DNA of 64,000 bases from the human T2T-CHM13v2.0 reference genome, Homo sapiens, in the NCBI RefSeq assembly GCF_009914755.1, contig NC_060930.1. One strand, written 5' to 3'. Positions 23,625 to 39,215 of the stretch are shown here, piece by piece. A program made the position numbers and the translations under genes. How positions within the stretch are numbered: position 1 is the stretch's first letter; every line of letters starts with the position of its first letter. A model generated the notes under the pieces. That model worked only from the letters and a program-made list of their open reading frames with translations, was not told the DNA's origin and ran no database searches.

Positions 23625-23965
23625 TACCTTGATCTCAAGATGGAGAATACCAGAGGCTGAGGGGTGGGGGAGATTGAGGAGATGTTAGTCAAAGATTACA
23701 AAATGTCAGCTAGACAGGAGGAATAAGTTCAAGAAATCTACTGTACGTCATGGTAACTACAGTCAATAACAGTACACTATATACTTGAAAATTGCTAAGA
23801 GAGTAGATTTTAAGTGTTCTCACACCCCAAAAATTATAAGGATGTGAGGTCATGCATATGTTAATTAGCGTGATTTGGCCATTCTATAATGTATGTAGAT
23901 AATATCAAAACATCATGTCGTACATTATAAATATATAAAATTTTTGTAAATTTAAAAAAGATAAA
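23625..23965 (+). mobile_element. L1MA-like 3' end
   Basis: TAGACAGGAGGAATAAGTTCAAGA...TACTTGAAAATTGCTAAGAGAGTAGATTTTAAGTGTTCTCAC. Confidence 0.8.
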
Positions 23966-24469
23966 CATTTCTGAAAAGATCAAGAGTAGCCTCATTTTAC
24001 TTTTATAATCATAATATATTTGCCATTTAAAATCTGCCTAGTTTTTCTTAATAATATTTCCATTCATGTCTCAAGAGTTTAGGTACTATTCTTTGATTTT
24101 TGTTTTTGTTCTTGTTTAATTTAACCCAACGTTATTGACATGTTGGAGCAATTGATCAACTGTCAGCTATAAATACTTTCTAGGTATTAAATTCACATGA
24201 AATATTTAACATTTTATTGAATATCATCAGTAGTTGGTACAAAACAGAGAAAGAAAATATCCATTTATGTATTCATTCAACAAATATTTAGAGTGCCCAC
24301 TATGTGCCAGGCACTGTGCTAACACCAGAGAAAGAGCAGTAAACAAAAAAGAGGGAAATTACGGAGGTTACTTTATAAAAGACAAACAAAAATACACAGA
24401 CACACACACAAAACCAGGATTCGTGAGTAAAATATATCATATGTGATGGCAAACACTATCTTAAGTATG

Positions 24470-25384
24470 GGATCAAGATTAACATCACCAGTGATATCAC
24501 ATGGCTGGCAGGGATGTCCTGCTGTCGTGTAATAAGAAAGGGCACTTCACCACTGTGCTAGCTTTCTAAAATCCAGAGCCCCAGGCTAATCATAAGAAAA
24601 TACACAAACCCAAATTGAGGGAGGTTTCTCAAAATACTTACTACTCATCAAAACTGTCAATGTCATGAAAAACAAGGAATGATTGAGAATCATAAATCTC
24701 AAATCTTAGGAGACTATGGAAACATAAAAACTTAATGCAACATAGTATCCTGGGTGGGACTCTGGAACAGAAAAAGGTAATGGAAAAATGGGTCAAATCC
24801 AAAGAAAGTCTGGGGTTTAGTTGATAGAAATGTACTAATGTTGGTTTATTAGCTTTGACAAACATAGCAGGGTGTATGTGAGATAACATTAGGGAAACTG
24901 AAGTTGGCTGAGGGGAGTCTGTGAGAATTCTCTGTGCTATCTTTACAACTTTTCTATAAATCTAAGCCATCCCCAAAGAAAAAAGTCTATTATTCATATA
25001 CAACCTCTACAACATAAATATGTAATATAAGAAAAAACATAACAAAAATGTGCAAGATCATTGTAAGAAAATTATAAAACTATCAAACAACATTAATGAT
25101 GACCTAAACAAATGGAGAGAAAGGCCACTTTATGCATAGAAACTTTCAATGTAATAAGAATATCAATTCTCCCTAAATTAATCTGTAAGTTCAATGTAAT
25201 TTCAATCAAAATGCTGATAAAATTGTTCACAGATCTCAAGAAACTGATTCTAAAAAGCATATGAAAAAGCAAAGAGACAAGAAAAGCCAATTCCAATATC
25301 AAAGAACAGAAGTGATCATAAAGCCACAGTAAGTAAAGCAGTGTGGCATTTTTATAGATGTTGGCAAATAAAACCAATGGAACA
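24470..25384 (+). mobile_element. Old L1M fragments (L1MC-like 3' end, then L1ME-like ORF2 relic)
   Basis: CAAAACTGTCAATGTCATGAAAAACAAGGAA...; ATATCAATTCTCCCTAAATTAATCTGTAAGTTCAATG. Confidence 0.65.
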
Positions 25385-25980
<596 letters not shown>

Positions 25981-26019
25981 TTAGATTTGCTAAAAATAAA
26001 TAAATAAATAAGAGAAAGG

Positions 26020-28300
26020 AGGGTATGCAGTGGAGAAGGGGTGGAGGCAGAGATTTTCGACGGCAAGGCCATGGAAGGCATCGGAGAAGGTGACTTATGA
26101 GGAGAGACCTGAGTGAAGGGAGGTAGCCACACACAAGGATCTGGGGAAAGAGCACCGGGCAGAGAGACCAGCAAGTACAAAACGCCCTGAGGCAGAATCC
26201 CACCTGCTGTGTCTGAGGAACAGCAAAAAAGACAGTAAGGTTGGAGAAAAGTGAAAAAGGAGGAGAGAAGTCACTGAAGAGTCAAAGAGGTGGTGGGGGA
26301 AACTAGCCATGTGGGGTCTCATGGGTCAGACCCTAAGTGAGGCAGGAACATTAGAAGGCTTTGAACAGAGGAGTGACATGATCTATCAAAATGTATTCCG
26401 GCTGTCATTTTCAAAATAGACAAGGGCAAGCAGGGAAGCAGAGTTGGTCCAAAGTAGCAGGAGTGATGAGAAGGGTTAAATCCTGATGACATTTCAAATG
26501 TAGAACTGACTAGATCTGTTGACACACTAGATACGGGAAAAGCAAGCATAACTCCGAGCATTTTGGCCTGAGCAGTGGAAGAATGAAATTGCTATTAACG
26601 AAGAGGTGAAAGAATACTGGAGAAGCCTGTTTAGTGGAAAGAATGGAAGCTCAGTTTTGAACAGCTTCAGTTGGGAATGCCTGTAAGACATCCATGTGAA
26701 AATGTGGGTAGGCAGTCGGATGAATAAGTCTGTCTTTTACCAGAGAATCTTGACTAGAGATATAAGATTTGGGAATCAAGTAAGCAAATAAGTGGAATTT
26801 AAAGCCACATAATTCGATAGTATTACAGGGTGATTATAAATATTAATGTGTAAATGGATCACCTGGAAATCTTGTTTAAATGCAGATTCTGAGTCAGTAG
26901 GTCTGGGGTAGGACATGTCTAACACTCTACAAGGTGAAGCTGACATTGCTAGCTCCCAACTTTGGCTAGTAAGGAGGACCTAAGAGGTGAGAGCAGATGA
27001 AAAAAAGAGATACATAGTCTGGCCGGGCACAGTGGCTTGTGCCTGTAATTCCAACACTTTGGGAGGCCAAGGTGGACAGATTGCTTGAGCCCAAGAGTTT
27101 GAGACCAGCCTTTGCAACAAGGCGAAACCCCATCTCTACAAAAAATACAAAATTTAGCCAGGCGTGGTGGTATGCACCTGTACTTCCAGCTACTCAGAAG
27201 GCTGAAGTGGGAGGCTCGCTTTAACCTGGGAGGTGGTGGTTGCAGTGAGCCACAATTGTGCCACTGCACTCCAGCCTGGGCTAGGCAATAGAGTGAGACT
27301 CTGTCTAGGAAAAAAAAAAAAAAGAGCGAGAGAGATACAGAGTCTGAATTCTGAGGTTCTCCAACACTGAGAGGTTGGATAATCCGCAAAGGAGACCAAG
27401 GATAAAGAGCCAGAGGCAAATGAAAAAGCAGGTATGTGCATTGTCCCAGAAGAAAGAGGAAGTGATCCACTCTGCACATGCTTCTGATAGGTCACGCAGG
27501 ATGAGGACTGAGAACTCTGAGAGCTGATCATTAGGTTTAGCAGTGCGTTTAAGTCATCAGTGACTGACAAGAACAACTGCAGGCGTGCATCTGATGGGGA
27601 TGGGTTCAAGAGAGAAGGGGAGAGGAGAAATTAGAGGCAGCTGATACAGTCAAGGCTTTCAAGGAGCTTTGCTCTAAAGGGAATAAGAAAAATAAAGATA
27701 TAACTGAAGGATAAAGAAAGGTCAAAATAAGATCTTTTAAGGTGGGAGGAAAAAATATTTTTATGCCAATGGGAACAATCAGCAGAAAGAAATCAATGAT
27801 GCAGGGAGATGGGGAAAATGCTGGAATAATGTGCTAGAGTGGGTAAGAGGAAAATGGGAGCTAGTGCTTGAGTGAAGGCACTGGCTTTACCAGGGGAACA
27901 GCAGGCCACAGTTTCAAGCAATCTAGAATTCATAGGTTTCTAGACACGTAGGTGAGGAGATGCAGGGAGGATGGGAGCAATCTCCTCTGATTGCATCTTT
28001 TTTTTCCCATTGAAATAGAAGTAGGATTATTAGCTAAGAGTGAGAATGGGGGAGGTTTGAGGCTAGAGAAGAAAGAACGAACTATCACCTAAGAGAGTGG
28101 GAAAATGACTGGATTAGAGAAATCCGGTGTGATTACTGGGCAGGGCAGCATTAAGTGCCTACTTGAGATTAACAGTCGGGAATTTAAAGTGAGGCCAGTC
28201 AGACTGGCTGTTGTTCTTCTCCAGCCACATTCAGCCCTGTAGGTCAAAACACAGAGAAAGCACGGAGCTGGATCAGCAAGACTGTGGTTTAACCACAAAA
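26020..28300 (-). mobile_element. Long L2 relic interrupted by a MER5-like element (about 26850-26970) and an Alu
   Basis: L2 motifs GGATCTGGGGAAAGAGCA..., TTTGAACAGAGGAGTGACATGATC, GCCTGTAAGACATCCATGTG. Confidence 0.7.
27021..27323 (+). mobile_element. Alu (AluJ-like)
   Basis: TTGCTTGAGCCCAAGAGTTTGAG (J-type); TSD AGAGATACA(T/G)AGTCT. Confidence 0.92.
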
Positions 28301-28369
28301 ATCAATTTAAAAAGTCTCATGTGAGTCAACAACCATGCCAGACACTGACATCACAATAATACAATAATA

Positions 28370-28600
28370 ATAACAATTAGAGAACTCTTCATATATGCCA
28401 AACAACATGCTGAGCTCTCTATCAAAAAGAATATTCACGAAAAAAAAGCCTATGCCAGAGAATGAGTGCTATTAGCACCATTTTATAAATGAAGGAACCG
28501 AGGCTAAAGTGAACACATAGCTCACTCAAACTTATATGTTTAGTAACAGAAATAACTGAGAGTTGAACCCAGTGTTCTTGGTCAGCTCCGAGACTAGTGA
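28370..28600 (-). mobile_element. MIR
   Basis: CCATTTTATAAATGAAGGAACCGAGGCT core. Confidence 0.65.
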
Positions 28601-31600
28601 GGACACTCACTAGAAAAGGGGTTGGAGTCCTGAGCAAAACATGCTACAGGAAGCCCAGGAACACAGAACAAGCTACTTTTATTTTTAAAACTTAAAAAAA
28701 AAATTCATACACTTGTAACAAAAATTGGTGGATTTGAAGATTTAATGGAAAGTGCACACTCCCATATGTATGAATATATTAATCATTTGTGCTCTAGTCG
28801 AATGACTAAATATCATTAGATATGACAGGAGGGATGCCCTCCCCGCACCTTGGGAGTGACCCAGAATGACTGTGCTTCTTATGCAGTGACTTCAGGACTC
28901 CACGACCTTGGCCACCCATGCAGGTGTCCCACAGATTCCCTCCTCAAAGATATTTTGGGAGACAACGAATTTCAGGACTTCAAATGTGTGCCTTTATCTT
29001 GATATCACTTCCATAGCTTTAGATACCAGAGTCTATAATGGGTAAAATAAGTGAAAAGAGGTTTTCTTATGTCAGGTTTATTTTAGGGATTCCTAATATA
29101 AAGGTTTGGAAGGTCCTTTCTTGAAATGGCTCTTATGGAAAGGAAACCCAGAAACTAATTCTGTAATGCTTTCTTTGGAAAAATGGCTACTAACTTCTAG
29201 CACAAAAGACCAGACAGGTATCTGTATGTTCTATTTGGACCTACAATGTGCCAGACTGGGCTAGCCAGTTTACAAATGTGTTCTTATTTAGTCAGCTCAT
29301 CAGCCCTGGGAAGTGGCATTTGGAGCTTGATAAATTGCCCAACGGCTCTCAGGTAGAAGAAGACAGAGCTAGGAGTCTAACCCACCACTTAAATAAAGCC
29401 CTCAGCCAATCAACAGGAGACAAACTCTACCTCGATTAGCTTCTTTTTTCCCATTCCTTCTCCCTCTTCTTTGCCTAGCAGAATCTCCTCTCAAAGCTTT
29501 AGAAATGACTCAACTTTTTCAACACAATCCAAAAATATGCTTCAAACCTTTATTCTTTTTCCCCTAAATAAGAAAACAAAACTTTATTAGCAGGTGAGTT
29601 TTCTCCTAGGCATTTTGTGGACTATAAATGAGGCCACGAATAATAATAATGGACAAGAAAACAGATAATGGCAACTGCCCAGGCTGCCAGGCAGTGTGCA
29701 GTGGCCAGTTGAGCCTCGCCATTCTTTAAAGATATAAAGTCTTGCTCTCCAGGTGCAGGAAAATTAATAAATACCCTTGGGGTAATTAGGGGCTGCTCCA
29801 CCCACATGATGAAGAGGTGCCGTGAATTTCATTCTCCAGCCCTCTCACCTAAGACACGCTTACACTAGGTGTTCCATAAAAGTTTTATGAAGCTAATTCC
29901 CGTTACAAAGAAAGGTCCTGCAGACGGATGGGAATGTAATAGTGCTTTAGCTAAGATGCCATATTCAAGGCAGCACATGGATATGTAAATTTATGCTTCC
30001 CTTGGGAAAGGCAAAGAAAGCCATGATGCCATAAAGAATGGAAACATGCTCTGAAGGCCGAAGGAATCCCTGAAGTTCCTCCAGTTTGTCCGGAGCTGCT
30101 TTCCTGGAGCAGGTCTTCCACAGTCCACAGGTGTGCACATTCTAAGAACCTGGTCAGGGAGCTCCAGCAGCCCTTTCTGCCAGCAACTGAGTTCTCCCCC
30201 AGTTCTTATACACCTCTGAGTCAAGCCTTAGGGTACTGTCCAGGTGCCAAGAACATCCAGTCTCCACAGTGGGGAAATCACATCCTTAACATAATAAGAT
30301 TAACTAGGAGGACAGGTGAGGTAAACCATGCATTTGTTCCAAGCTGGTATATTAAAATGCCCTGCCCAGCAACAGCTCTGATGCCATGTCAAACTGGTTA
30401 GAGCTGCTTCCTGGCAGAAGTCCTCAGTGACTCAATTCAGAAGGAAGACTAACATAAGATGAGAGAAAAAGTTGTCAGTTTCCAAACCTTCTTCAGGGGA
30501 TTAAGAAGCTAAAGTCACACAGTGTTAATAAAGCCCTTTGGGAAATCACAGAGAGCAGAATAAACGAACAGGAGAGTCAGAGTGGATTTTTCTTTTGCTG
30601 GTGTGTTTCAGTGTCATTGAAAAAAATCAGAGCCCACTCTCCAGACACTGACAACCAAGGACTGACCCCCATGAGTCCACGGCTCTGAAATTTGCACAGT
30701 GGCTGGCTTGCTATTGAGTTTGCGCATCTCAATACCCTCAAAACCCTCCTGGGTTCCTCTGTGTCTGCCTGACTGACCTCCAGTGGAGTCTTTCAATCAG
30801 TAAGGTTCTCTTGATGAGAAAGGTTCCCTTGTGCTACTCAGGATCCCAGGCTCCCAGGCGATTCTTGATCTGATCCTCCCTGGTAAACTCATGTGACTGG
30901 GGGAACTTGCTAGCTCATTTTGTTTTCACAATAGGACAGCTTTCTCACAAAAGCATCCCAAAGACTCAATCATTTAGGATTCCAAGTTTTTATTCTTAAG
31001 GAGAATGGCAGTCCTTTAAAATGTGCCTTGCATCAGAGAGAGGTGACGAGAGAAGTGAGGGAGGTAATGGTGGGTAAAACCTTTAAAAAATGGACAAGTA
31101 ATTCCATTAAAGTAATTAGGGCAAAGGTCCTAAAAGAGACCATGTTAAGAAACCTGATTCAAGTGCTGTAATTTAGCTAAGTGTATTGCTAAGTAATTCC
31201 AAGATTACTCAGCAGCTTACTATCCTCTTTTGGAGTTTCCCTTGATAAGATGTTTCCTTAATGAACTTGCAGGTGCTCATCTTCCTAAACCTGAGAAGGC
31301 TGGAAAAAAAAGTATCACAACCAGAGAGAGTGGGATAATTTTCTCTGCCCTTACCTCTCTATAAGAAATGTCCCCCCAACCACCACCTCCCTTACCCTTT
31401 AGATGCCTCTTCATTCTAGTTTAATAGTCTTTGATTTCAAGGAACAGAAATCCACTGAAATTAATTCAAACAAAGACAGAGAGAAGGAGAAAGAGGATTA
31501 CATAAGATAAAAGACCGCCCACCAAGCTCAGCAGAATCACATGCAAATTGGAGCTGGAACCTCAGAAGGTCTCAGAAATGGGGCTGCTCCTCTGCCCCCT

Positions 31601-31714
31601 CTCTCTGCACCATTGTGTCTTGTATTTCTGCTTCTCTCGCACATCCCTTCCATTCTCCTCACTGCCTCTGCTTCCTGAGCTTCCTGGGAGACAGAATAAT
31701 GCCTGCAGATATTT

Positions 31715-31905
31715 CATAAACGAGCTCGAGAATTGCCTTAGCTGCTCTGCCACTTACCAGCTGTGTGACCTTAGGAAAGTGATCGCATCTAAGACCTGGT
31801 TTCCTCATTTTCTAATGAAGATAGCGCTATTGCCCACCTGATAGGATTAGTCCAGTGCTTGGCACACAGGAAGCATGTCAGAAGTTGCAGCAACTAGCAT
31901 TATCA
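31715..31905 (+). mobile_element. MIR
   Basis: CTCTGCCACTTACCAGCTGTGTGACCTT...TTTCCTCATT core. Confidence 0.75.
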
Positions 31906-32570
31906 ATTGTGGCTGCTGCTGTTGTCACTGCTTATAGTTACTTCTTCTAATTCGAGTTGGCCCATAGCTTTGGCTTTGCAGGACACAAAGGCAATCTACT
32001 CCCTAGGCAACCTTGCATTCTAGCTCCCCCAGAGAACAGTCCTGGTTTATGGTATTCTCAATAAAGCTCACATTGGTGCCTGCCATGGTTCCATCAGCTG
32101 TAGCCAGGGAGGATGGTGGCTATGCTAGAGCAATATTGTCACCCAAGCTCTCATCAGAAGGGTCTGTTAGTGAGGGATGCTCCTAAGGAAGCATGCTTTG
32201 AATGTGACACCCCCAAAACATACCTACTACATTCTTCCATGAACTTTAAAACAAAGCTAAATATTGTTTAGCTTTTCTTAAAGCTATTATTCTTAAAGCT
32301 CCTTATTTTCTATTAGGAGTCCAGTATAGCATGAATATCGTCAGGAAACACTTTTGATTCGGAAGGTCTCATATATCTTTTTTTTTAATGTTAGGGGGAA
32401 ATCCTCTCAGAGGTTAATGCTGGGCCCCAAAATACCTGTCAGCCCTAAGAGCATGTTCTCTTCTCTCTTAAAATCCACACAGTTCACATCAGTGAGCCTG
32501 TGTCTGCCAGACACCTGCTGTCTTGTGACTGGTGTCCAACTCACCCCACAGAATGTTTCTTTCTTTTTAA

Positions 32571-33006
<436 letters not shown>

Positions 33007-36000
33007 ACAACATCTTCTTTCTATACACTGGTTTCTTATATGTGATCAGTACTTGGCTGTGCCTACACTTTCTGCTCACTGACCATAATGGATGCTTCAC
33101 TTGAGTATTTAACCCAGAGCTCAGCCACATTTCCCCCTCCAATTTCCCTGTGATTTAAGTAGCCTGTCCAGACATGCTCTAACCGCAGGTGCCCACAGTG
33201 CTGTCCTGCACCTCGGTTACTCTTGACTTCATGGCCACAACAGACAAACAGCAGCTGAACCTAGGATCGTGGCAACTTAGAATGTCTGAGTCAGTTTCTA
33301 TTACGTTCACAACTATGGAGATGGTCGAAAGGACAGATAGCGTTCAGTAGGCAGTTGGTTTGGGGTGGCCTGGGCAATTTTTTCACTATATCAATATTCA
33401 AGAGATTTAAATTTTTTTAATTTAAAATTAAGATAATATGCCTACAGTAAAGTTCACTCTCTTTAGTGTACAGTTGTCAGATTTTGACATCACGTACAAG
33501 TCATGTAACCACCACTATAACAAGATGCAGAACAGTTTCATCATCTGGAAATGTTCCCCCATGCTCCTTTGTGGCAGACACTCTATTCTAAAACACTCCT
33601 TAGGTGATTGTGATGGGCAGCCATGCAGGGGAATCGCTGATATGGCGCCAAACCTTTTATAAATGGAAAAGTTACGTGACTCGCCCGAGATCATGCTGCT
33701 TGACAGCTGGGGCTAGGACAGAACCTAGGTCATCGTTTCTCAGTTTTACTTTCTTCCAACACACACCACTTATTCTAAAGTATCCGGGTCCACAGTGGTT
33801 CCTCCAAGTAAAAACATACATATGAAATAAACAATAAACAAAAATAACCACAAACTGAAATGAAGAAACCCCAAATTAAAACAGAATGAAATAAAACAAC
33901 CACAACAGATAATCCTGAGATTCCTTAAATTTACCTGAATATACTCAGAAGCAATAGCAAGATAGGAAAGAATGATTGTACCTTATTTCCAGCACAAAAT
34001 GCTGTTCTTTTCTTTCTTTTTGTTTTTGCAAACACTGTGTGTCCTACCCAGTGCTAAAATACACCTATGGCAAGTCACCTCTAGGTATAATGTGCAGAAA
34101 ACCGAGAAACTGTAGGGAAATTAAAAACTTAACTCCACAACTTAACTTCCTTCTCTTATTATGCCTCTGATCTGGATAATGAAAAGAGGCACACTTGGAG
34201 AAAAACATGCTGCAAATATCTGAGGGTGACTGGCAGACAGTCCTGATCCAATTATGGCCCTAATGATCAGCCTATAAATAAAGCAGCTTTGCCTCTTTTA
34301 GATGAGCTTCCTAAAGATAGAAGTTATTTTGTCTTGAGAAGCTCACAGCCCTACCCAGGGGATGGGCCAAGTAAGGCCACAGAAGTTTGAAACCCTCTGT
34401 GTTTTTCCAGGGAAAACCACCAGAGCTTCAGGTGGGTGTGCCCACATATGGCAGCACAACGTGTGGGAAAGATCCATCCTGGGGGTAAAGAGCATTTGCT
34501 GCTTTGCTGTGTGTGTGCCAGAAGCCAAAGTCAAGAATCACTTAAAATCCTAGGCATGGACTCAAAAGAGAACAGCAAGCAAGAGTCATCACTTCCAACA
34601 ATGTGAACCTTTCATGAAGTCTGAATTAATTTTCCACCCGGAGATTATTTTTTTTTTTTCATGTTCTCTCCTGTCTGTCCCTCTGCAGGAAATGCCCCAG
34701 GAGGGCTCTCCATTCCCATGGGTCTTTAGGTGTTTCACAGAACCTCAGGCCTAAATCCTAAGCAGTTTGCTTTTCTTTCTTTGGTCTGTAATGCTACCAG
34801 CCCATTCCTGAGGTTAATGGTGATCTTATAAAGCCATGGCGGGAGACCTTTCTGTGACCTTGAACACAGAGTTGTATTCACTGACAATTAACTTCCCAAC
34901 CACGTGCCTGGCTCTCTCTGGCATTCAAGTACTGTACCTGGATGCTAGCACCAAACTACCAGGGTCTAAATCCTGATTCCACTATGTTTTTTCAAAGCAT
35001 GTTAGTGGACAAGCTATTTAGCCTCCCTTGGGTCTCAGTTTCCTCATCTGAAAATTGGGTGCAATCATATTACCAACCACAAAGGGGGGTTGTATGAAAA
35101 TGAAAATACCTAGCAAAGTGAACACTATTATCTTGGGGAAACTTGAAAAACTCTAGTCCATCCTGGCTTCCTTAAGAAATACTGTATCTGAAGTATCTCT
35201 TGCTGGGGACAGGCAACTGAGAACAAACAGTTACAAAGAATTTATGAACAATCTTAAATATTTAACTTAAAAATCATTTTTGTGATGCTTCGCCAAACTA
35301 TTTAAAAATATATAAAAATGAGCAATTTGCCCAGAATTTTAAAGAAAATGGCTAAAGAAATACTCTTCTGAATGCCCATATGTTTTTGCTGTTATTCAAC
35401 CTACGAGGCCACATCACCATTCCCAACATTCCTGTCAAACTAGGGGTGAATTTTAGAGCATCAGAGTTTAAAAACAGAGCATTTTTCCCCATTGTCCTTG
35501 CTGCCATTAACTGTGCCACACTGGACAAATGTGTTCTCCATCTGTGCTGATGAGGAGCACGTATGTGACTATTATGTTTGTGCTACTTTTAATTTCCCTA
35601 CAGTTTCTCAGTTTTCTGCACATTATATCTCAAGAATACCTAAAGAGGCACCTGTATGGAATGAAAAGCAAAACTTGCCCGTCTTCAGGCTCTGCTCCTT
35701 CTTCAAAGTTGGTTTGAGAAGGGGAGAATCTGTTGTGCTATCAAAGCCTGGCAATTCTTGGTGAGGATGTGTCTCAAGAAGCAACACGTGAGACAACTGT
35801 GCAGGATGAGCTCTGCACTCCCTTTTTCACCTGAAATTTCTTGCATTGCATCTTACACAACAACAGCATAGAGAGATGTGTGAAAAGTTTCAGAAGTGTC
35901 CTACAATGGACACAGCTCTGCCAACAACTAGCTATGTGACCCTGAGTAAGAAACATAGCCTCGCTAAGTCTCAGCTCTATCAGCTGTCAAATAATTTGCA

Positions 36001-37214
36001 CGACTATTCCGAGTGTTGACTAGCATATATAAAGTATTGGTACATATAAGTGCTTACAAAGTGAACTGTTTATTATTATGAGACTCCAACTCAGTCCACT
36101 AGCATCAAGCACCACTTCATAGGTATCAAGAGTTTTAACTACGTAAAAAAAAAAAAAAATCTCTGTGTAGTTAGGTTCTTTCTGCTCTAACACAAGGGCA
36201 GAGCTAAGAGTGAACAGCTCCCAGGCCAGATCCACCATAAAGAGCTCAAGGGAGGGTTTTGTTTTTGTTTTTGTTTTTATTTTGCAGTGGAGATTGCCAC
36301 ATATGAACAGACAGTAGCAAATAAGCATATATTACAATTTAATTGTTCAAATATGTATTTAGAATTTCTGTATCAAGTAATATCCTTTTCAGAAAGAGAC
36401 ACAAGAATTTATTAGCTAGATTGAAATGCCTTTTAAAAAATCATCATTGATTTTTTAAACCTTAAAGGACTTGTTGCTTTGTTTTTTCCATTTTCACTTC
36501 ACTTCGGTCTTTATTTGATCAGACTACAAGCTAGTTGGAGCTGGTTTTCTAAGAGCTAGTACACCTTCCTACATCAACATGGAAAAGTTAATTAATCATA
36601 ATAGCTGTTTGAGACATTGTGTATGCACCAAGTGAGAAGACCTGTTTGCTCAGTCAATGCCAAAGACCCATGTTTTTATAGTAAGCCGGTGGCTGGTACA
36701 CTTGTTTCTATATTCTCAATATCAATATTATCTGAATTCCTTTAACCTGGCCAAGCAATACAGAAGAGACAGGAATTCCAGGACAAACAGACAAATTGGT
36801 ATAGTATTTAAATGCACGGGTGCCCCAGCTAATAAATGAGATATAAGATCAATGTATTGCAGATGAACAAACAAGTCTAAAACTAAAACTATTAATGACG
36901 AATCCTGAGTACTTATTCAAAAATAAAATTCTGTATCTCTTGGGGTTTATTCGATACTATCTGAAGAAAAGTATAACATTCATGCTATAGAAGAATGAGA
37001 AAATTACTTGGAGGAGAAATCTTGTCTATAGTCAATTACAGAATTTCTCTGGCATGTTACTAGGCTCCACAAAGAGCTGTCAACAATTAATTTGACACAT
37101 GTGGGATCATCTAACTTTCAGTGCAGATATTCAGTATGCTAAATGTAAGACTCATTGTCATTACAACTCCACAAAAGCTTATTTTGCAGGAATTACAGAT
37201 GTAGGTGTTCATCA

Positions 37215-37685
<471 letters not shown>

Positions 37686-38238
37686 TCAGAATCTATCAAA
37701 ATCCTTTAAAAGTTTGTACCTTTTACTCAGTAATTCCATATTTATAGAAATTTATAATAAGAATGATTGTCTAAAAATTAACATACGAAAATATTTTAAA
37801 GAAGTACAAATACAGAAATATAAAAATATTTGTTTATATTATTATTATTAATTTATGCAAATATAAAAACATTTATAGCAAGGACAAAGTAGAAACAATT
37901 AGAATTTCAAACAAGCAGCAATTAGTTAAATAGTGTCACATCCTGAAAAGGAATGGCATACAACCTAGAAAAATTATGCTTCAGGAAAATATTTATTGAC
38001 TTGAAGAAAATATGATATATGTTTAAGGAAATAATATGAAATATAGAACACCCTATACTGTACAATATTAATCATATAACATCCATAAATAAATATAATA
38101 AAACATATGATCATACCCTCTATACTTCTGAAGGACGCTGGATGAAGATGATGACAATGAACCATTAAAGGGATTTCATCTCCTTTTCTGGCTCTGTGAG
38201 CCCTGAAAACCAGGGACATAAATTTCAGAAAGACTACA

Positions 38239-38486
38239 TTATTATTATTATTATTATTATTTTTACTTTAAGTTCTGGGATACATATGCTGAACGTGTAG
38301 GTTTGTTACATAGGTATACCTGTGCCATGGTGGTTTGCTGCACCTGTCAACCCGTCATCTAGGTTTTAAGGCCCTCATGCATTAGGTATTTGTCCTAATG
38401 CTCTCCCTCCCCTTGCCCCCCACCCCTCAGCAGGCCCCAGTGTGTGATGTTCCCCTCCCTGTCTCCATGTGTTCTCCTTGTTCAAT
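38239..38486 (-). mobile_element. Short 5'-truncated L1PA (PA7/PA8-like) 3' end
   Basis: (ATT)n tail, TTAAGTTCTGGGATACAT...; TSD AGAAAGACTACA at 38227-38238 and 38487-38498. Confidence 0.9.
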
Positions 38487-38837
38487 AGAAAGACTACACA
38501 TTTTTTTTACAGATACTAAATGACTACAGTAGTGTCACCTTCTTAGCTCCCAGAGTAAATAGATAAATTTAAGGTCATGAAACACGTGCAAAAAGGAGGC
38601 CATAAAAGAATAGCCCAATGTACTCCTGACATCGTCATCTCATCAAAATTAATTTTGTACTGCAGGAACAATGTTAATTACCATGACGTTTAACTGGAAA
38701 ATAAACGCGTTATTTAAAATCTAGGACATCTGTTAGGAGCACAAACTTAAAAAGTAAGCAGGCTAAGGGAAATGCCAAGAGTGTGCCCAGCTCTTGCCAA
38801 AGAGATCTTTCACCTTTATGTACAAACTCAAGTTCAC

Positions 38838-39215
38838 GCTGATCTTTGATGCAATAAAAAATGTACTGTACACTGTGAGACGAATCACCATAAACATTGT
38901 GGACTGTCATCCTGTGGAAGTGTGGGAGGCCACCTGTTCTCTGTACAAAGGACACAGACGCTGGTGCTGGGACCTGAAACTCAGACGAGGAAGAGAACTC
39001 AATAGGGACGCTGTCCCAGACCCTGCCCCAGGCTGATCTTTGGTGCAATAAAAAATGTACTGTACATCGTGAGACAAATTACCATAAATATTGTGGACCG
39101 TCATCCTGTGGAAGCATGGAAGGCCACCTGTTCTTTGTACAAAGGACATAGATGCTGGTGCTAGGAACTGAAACTAAGAAGAGGAAGATAACTCAATAGG
39201 GACGCTGCCCCAGAC
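38838..39215. repeat. Tandem duplication of a 184-bp unique segment (period 194, about 90% identity)
   Basis: 38838-39021 vs 39032-39215, about 19 substitutions by hand count, 10-bp spacer CCTGCCCCAG. Confidence 0.95.
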
